A stretch of DNA of 63,876 nucleotides, counting the filler, from Octopus bimaculoides (lineage: Eukaryota), in assembly GCF_001194135.2 (NCBI RefSeq). It is 4 parts of 4 records of this genome, joined end to end, with 100 filler letters (N's around TTAATTAATTAA, not from the genome) between each part and the next. Parts side by side here need not be neighbours in the genome. Positions count along the whole stretch, not along the records: positions 1 to 17,998 come from NC_068988.1; 3 more parts are not named here. One strand, written 5' to 3'. Both the position numbers and the translations under genes were made by a program. Of this stretch, positions 1-12,092 are shown in pieces (the first letter of the stretch is position 1; every line of letters begins with the position of its first letter). The notes beneath the pieces were generated by a model. It was not told the origin of the DNA, ran no database searches, and was given only the letters and a program-made list of their open reading frames with translations.

Positions 1-342
1 CAGATCTTAAGTAGAACAATAATTAGATATATATATATCTCAACCAACAATAAGTACCAAATGAATTAATATGAAATACTTATTTTATAAAGATAGAAAA
101 ATTATTAAAAATATCAAAATAATAACCATTCAATAATCTTCCCTTCCTCCATTATAATTGAAACACGTGTAATCATTTTATTATATTTATCTTATGATAT
201 TTACTTTGATTTATATTATACTCATTTATTGTGCTTTTAATTGTTAATTTTTCTATATGTGATAGTGGATTTTCATCGATGAGTTCTTGAAACTTGGTTA
301 TTTTCCCTAAAACTATATATATATATATATATACATATCATT

Positions 343-520
343 TTATTCTTTTACCTATTTCAGTCATTTGGCAGCGGCCATGGTGGAGCACTGCTTTGAA
401 GCTTTTTTTTAGTCGAACAAATCGACACCTGTACTTATTTTATTGGTCACTTGTTGCAAACCACTATGTCGAGGGTTCGTTTTCAGGGTGTTATAGCGAG
501 ATAAAGACAGACACAAAAAC
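343..520 (-). mobile_element. tRNA-derived SINE family A (OK-like), 3' part, degenerate
   Basis: Reverse complement matches the tail of the full copies at 61635-62489 (GGTGCTCCAGCATGGCCGCAGTCAAATGACTGAAA..AAAAGA). Confidence 0.8.
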
Positions 521-658
521 AGACAGACACAGACAAAAAACACACACATGCACACTCAAACACACACACACACACGCTGAAACACACAGACACACACCCA
601 CCACACAAACATTAATATAATTCTTTTACCAAATAAATTGCACTTCATTGCTGAGGCT

Positions 659-698
659 CCGATGAAGCTATAAGGCGATGCTATAGCTGAAAATGCTA
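659..698 (+). ncRNA. Degenerate hammerhead-like motif
   Basis: CCGATGA (659-665), perfect 7-bp stem AGCTATA/TATAGCT, then GAAA (689-692); stems I and III are not convincing. Confidence 0.3.
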
Positions 699-811
699 TA
701 GGCTAATGAATTTCCTAAAATAATCGTTTATTCCTTTGTCATCTGATTTTCTTACACATACACACACAAACACACATTTGTAAGATTCCTCTTTATCAAT
801 AATTTCTCCAC

Positions 812-880
<69 letters not shown>

Positions 881-1169
881 CATATGCGCTTTTCTATATG
901 TAAATATAAATACATACATGCACACATACATACACACATACATACACATATTTATATATATGTATGTATACAGACACACACACTTACATATATATATATA
1001 TATATATATATGTGTACATGTACATACATGTACACAAAAATACACATGAATGTATACGTTTCATATACGTGTAAATGTGTGTGTGTGTCAGTGTACATGT
1101 GTAAGTACGTTCCTAAGTACTGTTGTATATATATATATATAATGCTAACTATTTGTTATGCTTGTGAGT

Positions 1170-1690
1170 ATGTTCTCTGACAATTTCTGATGTGATTTAG
1201 TTTTACAAGACTGTTTAATGCTTATTGATAGATATTCGTTTGCGATGTGTGCGTTTGTTGTGTGTTGTAGTGAGGTGAAATACGACAATGTAGGACAATT
1301 GCTTGATGGTGTAGATCCATGAGCGTAACTCCTTAGGTGTAATCCTGCGTATATCCGTTGATATGTTTGCGTCCTATTTCTTGGGATGTCTACCATATCA
1401 GGATTTTAACCCACATGGATATACGCAGGATTACACCGAAGGACTTACGCTCATGGATTTGCGCAGGATTGCACTTACGGACTCTGGTTTCTATAACTTC
1501 GGAAAGTTGAACTATGAACTTTTATGCTTTGTTTTCTTTTCTATTTCCATCTCCTTATTCTTTTACCCCCTTCCTCTATGTCATCATCTTATCAATATAT
1601 ACCATTCTTATCTTCTTTATTTTCCCCTCTGATGACGGATTATTTCATACTCGGAGATATCCCAGAAATAGCTGTAAGATTTTGAATTTC
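1170..1690. mobile_element. Probable Penelope-like-element-derived repeat with internal inverted repeat and degenerate hammerhead
   Basis: 42-bp inverted repeat 1315-1356/1417-1458; CTGATGA...GAAA-TAGCTG-TA-AGAT at 1629-1680 resembles the hammerhead family at 19887 and 47048. Confidence 0.45.
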
Positions 1691-1989
1691 TCCTCATAAT
1701 AATATTCTATATGACTTGAAATGTTTGTCCTGCCTTAATGCTTGCTGTTCTGTTTAACATTTATATATATCCGCTGCATCGAAAATCTGCAATAGCTCCA
1801 TAATTAAGGTCTCAGCTATAACTTTGGAACCTCAGTAGTCCCTTATAGCACTTACCAAGCGTACATAATCGTTTGGATCACCTATGAAATAACCCCCATA
1901 CATTGTGTATATATCCTTTTTACTATAGATAGAAGAACTGAAATATTGGGGAAAGTTCTTGTCGATTAAACCACCCGGTGCTCAGCAGG

Positions 1990-2052
<63 letters not shown>

Positions 2053-2193
2053 ATATATATATATATTTAATTATATGTATTTATTTTATCCTAATAAATA
2101 ATAATTCGGATAGAATAAATGGGTTAATAGAAACCAAGGTAGCAAAGATCACAAAATAACTCGGTTACAATGTCTTACGTTTAAGATGGTTCC

Positions 2194-2291
2194 CATACAT
2201 TCCCTGAGGAGAAGTTTACATTTTTACATCGACGATTCCTATGGATCGCATAAATTGTAATTCTTCGAAACATATGTCGGAATAAAGTATG
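2194..2291 (+). ncRNA. Type I hammerhead ribozyme with intact catalytic core and palindromic stem III (PLE/retrozyme-like)
   Basis: Stem I ATTCC(2199-2203)/GGAAT(2279-2283) extended by CATAC/GTATG across an AAA bulge; CTGAGGA 2204-2210; stem II GAAG/CTTC extended by TTACA/TGTAA; GAAA 2267-2270; CATATG palindrome 2271-2276; GUC cleavage triplet ending at 2278. Confidence 0.8.
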
Positions 2292-2836
2292 TAGTTGTAA
2301 CATGCGTTTACTCCATTCCTTAAATTTATATATATATATATATATATATCTCCTTCTGTGTTCAGCTCTGTGTGGCTAAAAAAACGTATCTATCTAGGAT
2401 ACTAATTCATGCGGAGCTCTACACTTACCAGTGGCAGTCGCACGACTATTTGCACACACACGGTGCAATATATACATACATATGTACGCATCGGATTGTG
2501 CTCGTGTGCGTGTATGTCTGTGTCTGTGTGCAATATATACATATGCTACATGGTACATAAATACAGAGTTCCTCGATTTCTCTAGAACCGATCTATATAT
2601 ANNNNNNNNNNNNNNNNNNNNNNNNNNNNNNNNNNNNNNNNNNNNNNNNNNNNNNNNNNNNNNNNNNNNNNNNNNNNNNNNNNNNNNNNNNNNNNNNNNN
2701 NNNNNNNNNNNNNNNNNNNNNNNNNNNNNNNNNNNNNNNNNNNNNNNNNNNNNNNNNNNNNNNNNNNNNNNNNNNNNNNNNNNNNNNNNNNNNNNNNNNN
2801 NNNNNNNNNNNNNNNNNNNNNNNNNNNNNNNNNNNN

Positions 2837-2896
<60 letters not shown>

Positions 2897-3895
2897 GCGG
2901 CTAGATACGTGCGTGTGTATAAGTATGTATGTATGCATGTATAATAGTGGTGGCTATTGCGACATTGTTTTTATTCTGGCGCTAACAGATGAAACGCGGC
3001 ACCGACGATAATTTACTGAGTTCTCCAAACAAATTTTGTTTCTCTCTGCTCATGACAGCATATAGACGTTTATACTCTCTCCCTCTACACTTTGTGAATA
3101 TTTTAGATTCAAATTCCAATATAGCAAGAATAAATATTCTGCATAAATAGTTTCCAGCTAAATATATTAGAGCACCTGAAGTTGATGAATAAAAATTGGT
3201 AAATTACGAGTGGGATTATCGATCGCTTTCTATACAATTGTAAGTCATAATTTCTCAAAGAAAAGTACTTTAGACGAAAGGGATAGCTTAATATATAATA
3301 GTAATGTCTGAGTATTATTGTTTGTTAACGATTTTTATGCAGACATTGAAATAAAAAGAGAATAAATAACTTAAGAAAACACTTAAAAAATACGTTTCAC
3401 TTAACCAATGTAAATATATGTGAGAGAAAGCAGTAAAAATATATAGAATTTATATTCTTAAATGTATGTGTATATAGGTATGCATGTAAAACTTAATAAT
3501 GTTTACCATGAGATATTTACTATAAAAAATATAATAATTTTCCGGTATATAATTCATCTACTCAAATAGACAATTTAACTGTATATGAGGAAATATATTG
3601 AGATGTAAGTGTAATTACTGTCATTATCTAAAACGTAAATAAACATAAAAAATGTAAATGAATTTTATTGCAGAAAAAATGTGTGGATTTATGAGCGATG
3701 ATGGAATGTACAAAAATAGTGGAATCTATTGTATTTCTAGAGAGTAAAGAAAATAAGTTATGATCCGTTATGGTCAATAACGTTACACAATAACCGCAAC
3801 AAAAGTGAAATAATTGAAGTCTACTCCTTAGTTTATGTTCGAAACGGTGAAATTGCGTAAACTATTTTTACAAGTTTAACTTGAAAACTGTGATG

Positions 3896-3953
3896 ATGTA
3901 AGGTACATTTTGAATATATATATATATATATATATACAAAATGTACCTTACAT
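3896..3953. repeat. 58-bp near-perfect palindrome: 17-bp arms around (TA)n
   Basis: ATGTAAGGTACATTTTG (3896-3912) is the exact reverse complement of CAAAATGTACCTTACAT (3937-3953). Confidence 0.9.
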
Positions 3954-4029
3954 TTTAATGCATATATATATATATAATAATATATATAATGCATATATAT
4001 ATTTCATACATACTCTCACGCACATATAC

Positions 4030-4181
4030 TTAGCTAGCGAGCTAGCTAGCTGGATACCAGACTGCTTACCTATCTACCTAGCTAATTAGCTAGCTAGCCA
4101 GCTGGCTACCTACCTACCTACCTACCTACCTCTACCTACCTACCTATCTACACACACACACACACAGACACACACACACAC

Positions 4182-4221
<40 letters not shown>

Positions 4222-4350
4222 ACACACACATATATATATAAATATATACATATACGTTCATTATTCATAGATGCATACATACAGGTATGTATATACATAC
4301 ATACATACATACAAACATACATACATACATATATACATATATACATACAC
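4030..4350. repeat. Compound microsatellite (TAGC)n/(TACC)n/(CA)n/(TACA)n
   Basis: Directly visible. Confidence 0.95.
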
Positions 4351-4644
4351 ACACATCACACACGTGTTTGCTGTAATATATGTCAAGTTATGATGAAGAT
4401 AATTTCACATTAAACTTAAGAATTACTCAATACTTTCTTGTAGTGTGCATGTATATTATACTTTTACAAGAATAGGGGAGACTGACTTCCAAGTGTCGGT
4501 TTGCTAACCTTCGTTAAGCTCTCCAACGAAGGTAAGTATTCCGAAAGTTACCGTCATGCCTCGCATAAAACTATAATACTTACAAACATATACATACAGA
4601 GTAGCTTTGATATCAAACGGGATTAAATTCACTAGCTTGCGATC

Positions 4645-4800
4645 ATGCAGGGCCATCGCCTTGAAGAATGCTAGTCGAACGAATGAAACAAACACTCAGT
4701 TTTCAAGCCTGGTACTTATGCTATCGCCCTCTTCTATGTGACGTAAACACACCAATAACAGTTGTCAATGACTCTTTGGGCAAAACACAGACACAGAGTC
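4645..4800 (-). mobile_element. SINE family A, degenerate 3' part
   Basis: TAGTCGAAC...CCTGGTACTTAT...GACGTAAACACACCA..GTTGTCAA matches the reverse complement of the family A tail. Confidence 0.7.
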
Positions 4801-4828
4801 ACACACACATTCCACACACATTTATACC

Positions 4829-4898
<70 letters not shown>

Positions 4899-5833
4899 NN
4901 NNNNNNNNNNNNNNNNNNNNNNNNNNNNNNNNNNNNNNNNNNNNNNNNNNNNNNNNNNNNNNNNNNNNNNNNNNNNNNNNNNNNNNNNNNNNNNNNNNNN
5001 NNNNNNNNNNNNNNNNNNNNNNNNNNNNNNNNNNNNNNNNNNNNNNNNNNNNNNNNNNNNNNNNNNNNNNNNNNNNNNNNNNNNNNNNNNNNNNNNNNNN
5101 NNNNNNNNNNNNNNNNNNNNNNNNNNNNNNNNNNNNNNNNNNNNNNNNNNNNNNNNNNNNNNNNNNNNNNNNNNNNNNNNNNNNNNNNNNNNNNNNNNNN
5201 NNNNNNNNNNNNNNNNNNNNNNNNNNNNNNNNNNNNNNNNNNNNNNNNNNNNNNNNNNNNNNNNNNNNNNNNNNNNNNNNNNNNNNNNNNNNNNNNNNNN
5301 NNNNNNAAATATCGATCTTATCGTTTATATATATATATATATATGTTCAATAAATAAGTACACCATTCAGTGACAGATATGTACACGGTATTATCAAAAG
5401 GAGCTACTAATCTTTTCATGACGTGAGGAAACGGTATTTCAGTAGACTTGTATCTCCAAGCACTCTCAAAGCAGTCCTACAGGCTCGTTGCACAAAGGAA
5501 AGTTAAATCTTGTTTTGTTTCTTTTTCTGTTTTGATCCATCCTTTGTCTTCTCGATCCGTGTTCTTTTCTCTGTTTTGTTTTTCACCAGCCTTCACGCTT
5601 TTCTCATCCTTTCTCATGTACCAGCGTCTTAGTTTCCGAATTGGACTAACGGTGTTCATTGAGCTTGAAAGTTTGTTTCGAGGCACGATATATTAATTTG
5701 TTGATTACCGTGTCTCCATGACATGAGACTATTCGCAGCTCATATTTTAAAACTGTATTCATTAAACGACACGCATACACACACACAAACACACACATAC
5801 ACATACACACGCACACACGAGTGTGTGTGTATT

Positions 5834-5904
<71 letters not shown>

Positions 5905-7289
5905 TTGTATGTATGTATCTCACCCTAAATGCACACAGGATACTTATGCATTAATTCGCACGCAATGATCTTTTTTCTCTCTATATCTCACATTCTCCTA
6001 GCATACATATTGCGTTTTGGTTATGTTTGCAAAACGTTGATGGCTTTCGAAGTTTGAGGAAAAAAATATTCTCCTTAAAGTACATTCTATCGATCGCCTT
6101 CTCGCTCTCTCGCACGCACTCACAACCACACGCACGCACACAGTTTTCTACATACACACATACAGATACACTCATAACTAACGTTTATACTACTATTCTC
6201 CGTATACATATTGAGATGACCAAACAATGTAATATTATTCGGTCAATTTTGCTGCAGTAAATTATACATAAACATAATACATAAACAATATAGAGAGACT
6301 CATCTTTTTAAACAAACAATAGTACAGATTTTCTGTTCATCTGCGCTTCCAATTTTCCTTTATTCGTTGTTGAAATTAGAAAATATGAACTTTGTATTGT
6401 TATTCAATATATTAAAAATATTCTGCCCTTATTTGGAATTGATTTGGCTAACTTTCTCAGTAACCATGATATCTATTTCTTTAAATCAATCTGTTATTTA
6501 TTTTTTCATGTACATAAGCTGTGATATGTTATCGAAGTTGAGTTCTGTGATCGTTTCGGTAGGTGGTCATGTCAGCCGGTTGCTGAATCCAAGCAGGGTG
6601 AACGTTATATATATTAATAGTGACAGAAAACTATGTCAAAAGTGATTCATTACTTATTTATATACAAATATATAAAGTTTGGAATTTGCTAAGCAAACGA
6701 TAGAAAAGTTCTCAATTTTTGTTGTCTAGCACCGGAGAGTCAACCTTTGTCTCCTGTGGGCAACAATGACATTAACAGCACGCAAAAATAGATAGAAGAA
6801 CGTGAACCATTCCCTTACTTAGTAAAATCCAACGTGCGTGTACATGTGTGTGAGTATACACACACACACACACACACANNNNNNNNNNNNNNNNNNNNNN
6901 NNNNNNNNNNNNNNNNNNNNNNNNNNNNNNNNNNNNNNNNNNNNNNNNNNNNNNNNNNNNNNNNNNNNNNNNNNNNNNNNNNNNNNNNNNNNNNNNNNNN
7001 NNNNNNNNNNNNNNNNNNNNNNNNNNNNNNNNNNNNNNNNNNNNNNNNNNNNNNNNNNNNNNNNNNNNNNNNNNNNNNNNNNNNNNNNNNNNNNNNNNNN
7101 NNNNNNNNNNNNNNNNNNNNNNNNNNNNNNNNNNNNNNNNNNNNNNNNNNNNNNNNNNNNNNNNNNNNNNNNNNNNNNNNNNNNNNNNNNNNNNNNNNNN
7201 NNNNNNNNNNNNNNNNNNNNNNNNNNNNNNNNNNNNNNNNNNNNNNNNNNNNNNNNNNACCATCATCCATCATTCTTTTCCTCAAGTCA

Positions 7290-7984
7290 CCATCTTTCTT
7301 TTCCTGCACGACGCTCTAAGAACTGGACATTTTCTTTCTCTCTTTTCTATCTTCTATCTTTTCAAAAAAAAAAAAATTTCTCCCAGCGTTCACTATCTTA
7401 CCCTCGTTCTGGTCTAACGACCCTCCATATTTGTTTTTGTTCGGTTTCCTTGTATGTCTCCACTATCCTGTTTTTGTTCCCAACTTTGACTTTCCATAAA
7501 TCCCAAATTTTATTTAAAAATTTATGGGAGAATCTGTCTTTGAAGACTCATATTATTGTTGAATGCTCGAAATGAGGAGTAGATAGACATGCGACAACTG
7601 ATAAAGGGTCGTTCTCCGTGTTTGCGTATCTTATATATATATATATATATATATTATATTATTATTTATTTGAATGCTAAGCATCCATTTCCAAGTAGGT
7701 TTATCTTAACCTTTTTGATGCAACTCTACTCTATACTGTTTTCTCCTCCATCCTTCTCTAGTTACCTTTTTCTCCCTTCACCGTCTTCTATCTGTCTCTG
7801 TCCCTCTCTCTTTCTCTTTTTCTCTCTCGCTGCTCACGCGTGACCATCGTCCATCTTTCTTTTCCTGCACGACATTCTAAGGACTGGACGTTTTCTTTCG
7901 CTTTCTTCTATCTATTCTCTTTTCACAGAAAATCTTTCTCCCGACGTTCACTATTTTCTTCTCATTCTGGTCTAACGACTCTCC
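7290..7984. repeat. Diverged direct duplication, about 135 bp (7290-7426 and 7851-7984)
   Basis: Both start CCATCTTTCTTTTCCTGCACGAC and end TTCTGGTCTAACGAC.CTCC, with scattered substitutions. Confidence 0.85.
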
Positions 7985-8067
7985 TTGTTTGCATATTTGA
8001 CTCGTTTGTTTTCGTACTTCGTGTTGTATACACAGTTGGTGACGTCCTGTACCCATGTATGCATATA

Positions 8068-8110
<43 letters not shown>

Positions 8111-8553
8111 NNNNNNNNNNNNNNNNNNNNNNNNNNNNNNNNNNNNNNNNNNNNNNNNNNNNNNNNNNNNNNNNNNNNNNNNNNNNNNNNNNNNNNNNNN
8201 NNNNNNNNNNNNNNNNNNNNNNNNNNNNNNNNNNNNNNNNNNNNNNNNNNNNNNNNNNNNNNNNNNNNNNNNNNNNNNNNNNNNNNNNNNNNNNNNNNNN
8301 NNNNNNNNNNNNNNNNNNNNNNNNNNNNNNNNNNNNNNNNNNNNNNNNNNNNNNNNNNNNNNNNNNNNNNNNNNNNNNNNNNNNNNNNNNNNNNNNNNNN
8401 NNNNNNNNNNNNNNNNNNNNNNNNNNNNNNNNNNNNNNNNNNNNNNNNNNNNNNNNNNNNNNNNNNNNNNNNNNNNNNNNNNNNNNNNNNNNNNNNNNNN
8501 NNNNNNNCAAGGTGGGAAAAAGAGTACTCAAATACCAGAGGTAGAGTAATATG

Positions 8554-8686
8554 CTTTATTTAAAAGCAGCAGAAATATAGCAAAAGACTGTTACTCTGAG
8601 TTTCACGTTCCCGTTCATCGGACAAACAGGAACGTGAAACTCAGAGTAACAGTCTTTTGCTATATTTCTGCTGCTTTTAAATAAAG
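8554..8686. repeat. Perfect 58-bp inverted repeat with 17-nt loop
   Basis: 8554-8611 is the exact reverse complement of 8629-8686. Confidence 0.95.
8588..8625 (-). ncRNA. Minimal hammerhead motif (PLE-type, CCGAUGA core variant)
   Basis: Minus strand reads TTGT-CCGATGA-ACG GGAA CGT-GAAA-CTCAGAG-TA-ACAG. Confidence 0.55.
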
Positions 8687-8722
<36 letters not shown>

Positions 8723-9884
8723 ATGATTTCAAAACGGAGGTAAAGCACTATATGGATTATGTGGATACGTAAAGGTTTTTTTTAAAAATAATTGCTGGTA
8801 TTTACAATCACCAGAGAGAAAGTAAGACCCTATACGACTCATGACTCAATATGTTAAATCGATAATTTTTTAAACGAAAATCGGTAAAATGAACTACCTG
8901 CTAATTTCTGGATCGATATGAGATAAAGCATTTCAACTCAGAGGCCTAGCATGGCTTCATTCCAATAATTGAAACCAATAAAATAACTAAAATAAAAATG
9001 TAAATACGTTTATTGCCGACTTTTAGTTTTACAATTTGCACTATATTGCCAGTTCAAAATGTGTCTTTAGGAAGAAGATCAATTTTACTCTATTGAATAT
9101 ATTCCACAGAAAAGACATCTCGAGAATATAGAATTAAACTTTGATGTGTGCTGCATGTTGATAGAGAAGGCCAAAATTTCAAGTGAGAAAGTTCAATTTA
9201 ATAAACGAACCCTCAGACTTGAATTTTAGGACTGCGCTACAATTAATAAATGAAGACATTAATAACAAGATACTGGGATTGCTATGTGAAGTTAAATGTA
9301 CGATTCTGTTTGTGTACGTGCGAGCTTACATACAAATACACAAATATATAAGGAAAAATTGTGCACTAGAAAATAACAAAAAGACATCATGTATGAAAAA
9401 TAGAACAGAAAAGCTGAGTAAGGGGAAGAAAAATATATTTATATATATACAAGGTTTGTGGGAGAAAGGAATAAAGGAATACATTGTGATACGAGTTTAT
9501 TAAGAAAGTAGGGAAATACAACAACAATTAGACATTAGTTAAGAAGATAGTAAATAGATAAGAACAGTGTAAACAAAATACGATATAAAATAAATCTCCG
9601 CCTCATCAACTAAATATTGTAATGTAGTTTGAATTACCTACTGAAATAACTACAATGCTTAGCAGTGTTCAATAGCTAAGGCAGGAAGCCTCTAAAAATA
9701 TTGTAGAACAAGGAGTGGACAGAACACAAATAAGAAATGCAAACTTTACAAGCAAGCATTTGATAAGATAATAAGTAGGTGATATTAGAGGAATGTTTCG
9801 CCCCATATTTGTACAGAGAAAGAAGGAGAGAGAGGACAAAGGAATGAGAGAGAGAAAGAAATAAAAAGGGAGAGAAGGAGAGAT

Positions 9885-9924
<40 letters not shown>

Positions 9925-10293
9925 ATAAATAGAGAGAGAGAGAGAGAGAGAGAAACAGATAGAAAGAGAAAGGTGAAATAAGAAATATAACATGAAATAA
10001 TAGCGTCAAAGAAAAATACTATGCAAAGCAAAATATATGTCGTTATTGGTTTCCAGTATTGAGAAATATAATTAGAAGTACCTTAACGTTTTTGCCATAG
10101 TTTTTTCATAAAACGACAGAACAATTGAAGGGAGAAGAATGAATAGCGAAAAGACATAAAAACTGTCAGGAAGGCAACAACCCTTCTGCTTGTAGTCAAA
10201 TTGAAAGACAAATGTTATTGATAGGACATTTATACTGATAAATACACATGCACATTCACAGATAGGTACACATACCCATATGTACTTATGTAC

Positions 10294-10364
<71 letters not shown>

Positions 10365-10914
10365 GCTCTATCAAATACATAGATTGGGTTATAATGCAAT
10401 CTGTGCCGCATGAAACATATCTGCATATTTCAGCTCTCCAAAGTATACTTCTAAATGTTATGTTTTATATAAGAGATAAAAATACTGGAGAATACTGTCA
10501 AATACTAGAAAATATTTACTGCTGAATAGTTACATATTAAAAGAAAAAACTGAGAAATTTATTTTAATTCTTGGTTCGATGAATTGTTAATGGGAGATGT
10601 CTTACATTTATACGTATTCAACTCCTGTGGGTAATTAAACACATCATTCTCAATAATACCCCACAATTTCCACGCGCACACACACATATATGCATATACA
10701 TACACACAACACACACACAAATACACACATATATATGAATGAGGAAACAACATTGGTGGCATATTTATCGATCTATACAATGACGGTGTGTGGTGTGTAA
10801 TGACAGGGAAATATAGAAACGAGTGTGGGATACACATGAATTTAGTATTTTAGATGATAGCATTAGCAATAGCTATTGTGGCAGTATTAGAAGTAGCAGT
10901 TGTAACATTAGTTT

Positions 10915-10915
10915 C

Positions 10916-10964
<49 letters not shown>

Positions 10965-10976
10965 ATAGTAGTAGTG

Positions 10977-11008
<32 letters not shown>

Positions 11009-11049
11009 GGTAGTAGTAGTAGTACTAGTGGTAGTAGTAGTAATAATAA

Positions 11050-11102
<53 letters not shown>

Positions 11103-11105
11103 GTC
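10915..11105. repeat. (TAG)n/(TGG)n microsatellite
   Basis: Directly visible; explains the poly-Ser/Thr/Val ORFs. Confidence 0.95.
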
Positions 11106-11151
11106 CTTGTAGCTGTTCTTGTTATGTAGAAAATGTAAAAATATCTTGTAT

Positions 11152-11530
11152 GCGTAGGAGTGGCTGTGTGGTAAGTAGCTTGCTTACCAGCCACATGGTT
11201 CCGGGTTCAGTCCCACTGCGTGGCACCTTNNNNNNNNNNNNNNNNNNNNNNNNNNNNNNNNNNNNNNNNNNNNNNNNNNNNNNNNNNNNNNNNNNNNNNN
11301 NNNNNNNNNNNNNNNNNNNNNNNNNNNNNNNNNNNNNNNNNNNNNNNNNNNNNNNNNNNNNNNNNNNNNNNNNNNNNNNNNNNNNNNNNNNNNNNNNNNN
11401 NNNNNNNNNNNNNNNNNNNNNNNNNNNNNNNNNNNNNNNNNNNNNNNNNNNNNNNNNNNNNNNNNNNNNNNNNNNNNNNNNNNNNNNNNNNNNNNNNNNN
11501 NNNNNNNNNNNNNNNNNNNNNNNNNNNNNN

Positions 11531-11622
<92 letters not shown>

Positions 11623-11814
11623 ATGTTTGTGTGTCTGTATTTGTCCCCCCAACATCGTTTGACAACCGATGGTGGTGTGTTTACGTCCCCATAATCTAGC
11701 GGTTCGGCAAAAGAGACCAATAGAATAAGTCCAGGGGTCGATTTGTTCGACTAAATGCGGTGCTCCAGCATGGCCGCAGTCAAATGACTGAACCAAGTAC
11801 AAGAGAGTAAAGAG
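11152..11814 (+). mobile_element. SINE family A, near full length with internal gap and microsatellite
   Basis: Head GCGTAGGAGTGGCTGTGTGGTAAG...GGTTCAGTCCC (A/B-box-like); tail GGTGCTCCAGCATGGCCGCAGTCAAATGACTGAA. Confidence 0.92.
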
Positions 11815-11884
11815 TATGCATAATCGTTTGACTTCATTGTTAAATAAAAGAAGTAATAACTATTACACTTTATATTGGTTTTTA

Positions 11885-12092
11885 AATTTTGACATAAGGC
11901 TAGTAATTTTAATTGGCAAAAAAGAAGTCGATTATATCGAAACCCAGAACTCAATTGTTACTTTATCGACCATGAAAGAATGAAAGCAAAGTCGACCTTG
12001 GCGGAATTTAAACTCAGAATATAAAGACGGACGAAATGCCGCTAAGCGTTTTTTCCCAGCGTACTAACGATTTTACCAGTTAGCCATCTTAT
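11885..12092 (-). mobile_element. tRNA-derived SINE family B (OR-like)
   Basis: AAAGTCGACCTTGGCGGAATTTAAACTCAGAA...GCCGCTAAGC is the reverse complement of the family B copy at 53073-53300. Confidence 0.88.

Noticed and set aside
3674-3744. Terminal-exon-like KMCGFMSDDGMYKNSGIYCISRE*
   Set aside because: Only an acceptor and 23 codons; insufficient support
11152-11230. SINE heads as tRNA genes
   Set aside because: They have A/B-box-like motifs but no full cloverleaf, and they continue into SINE body sequence
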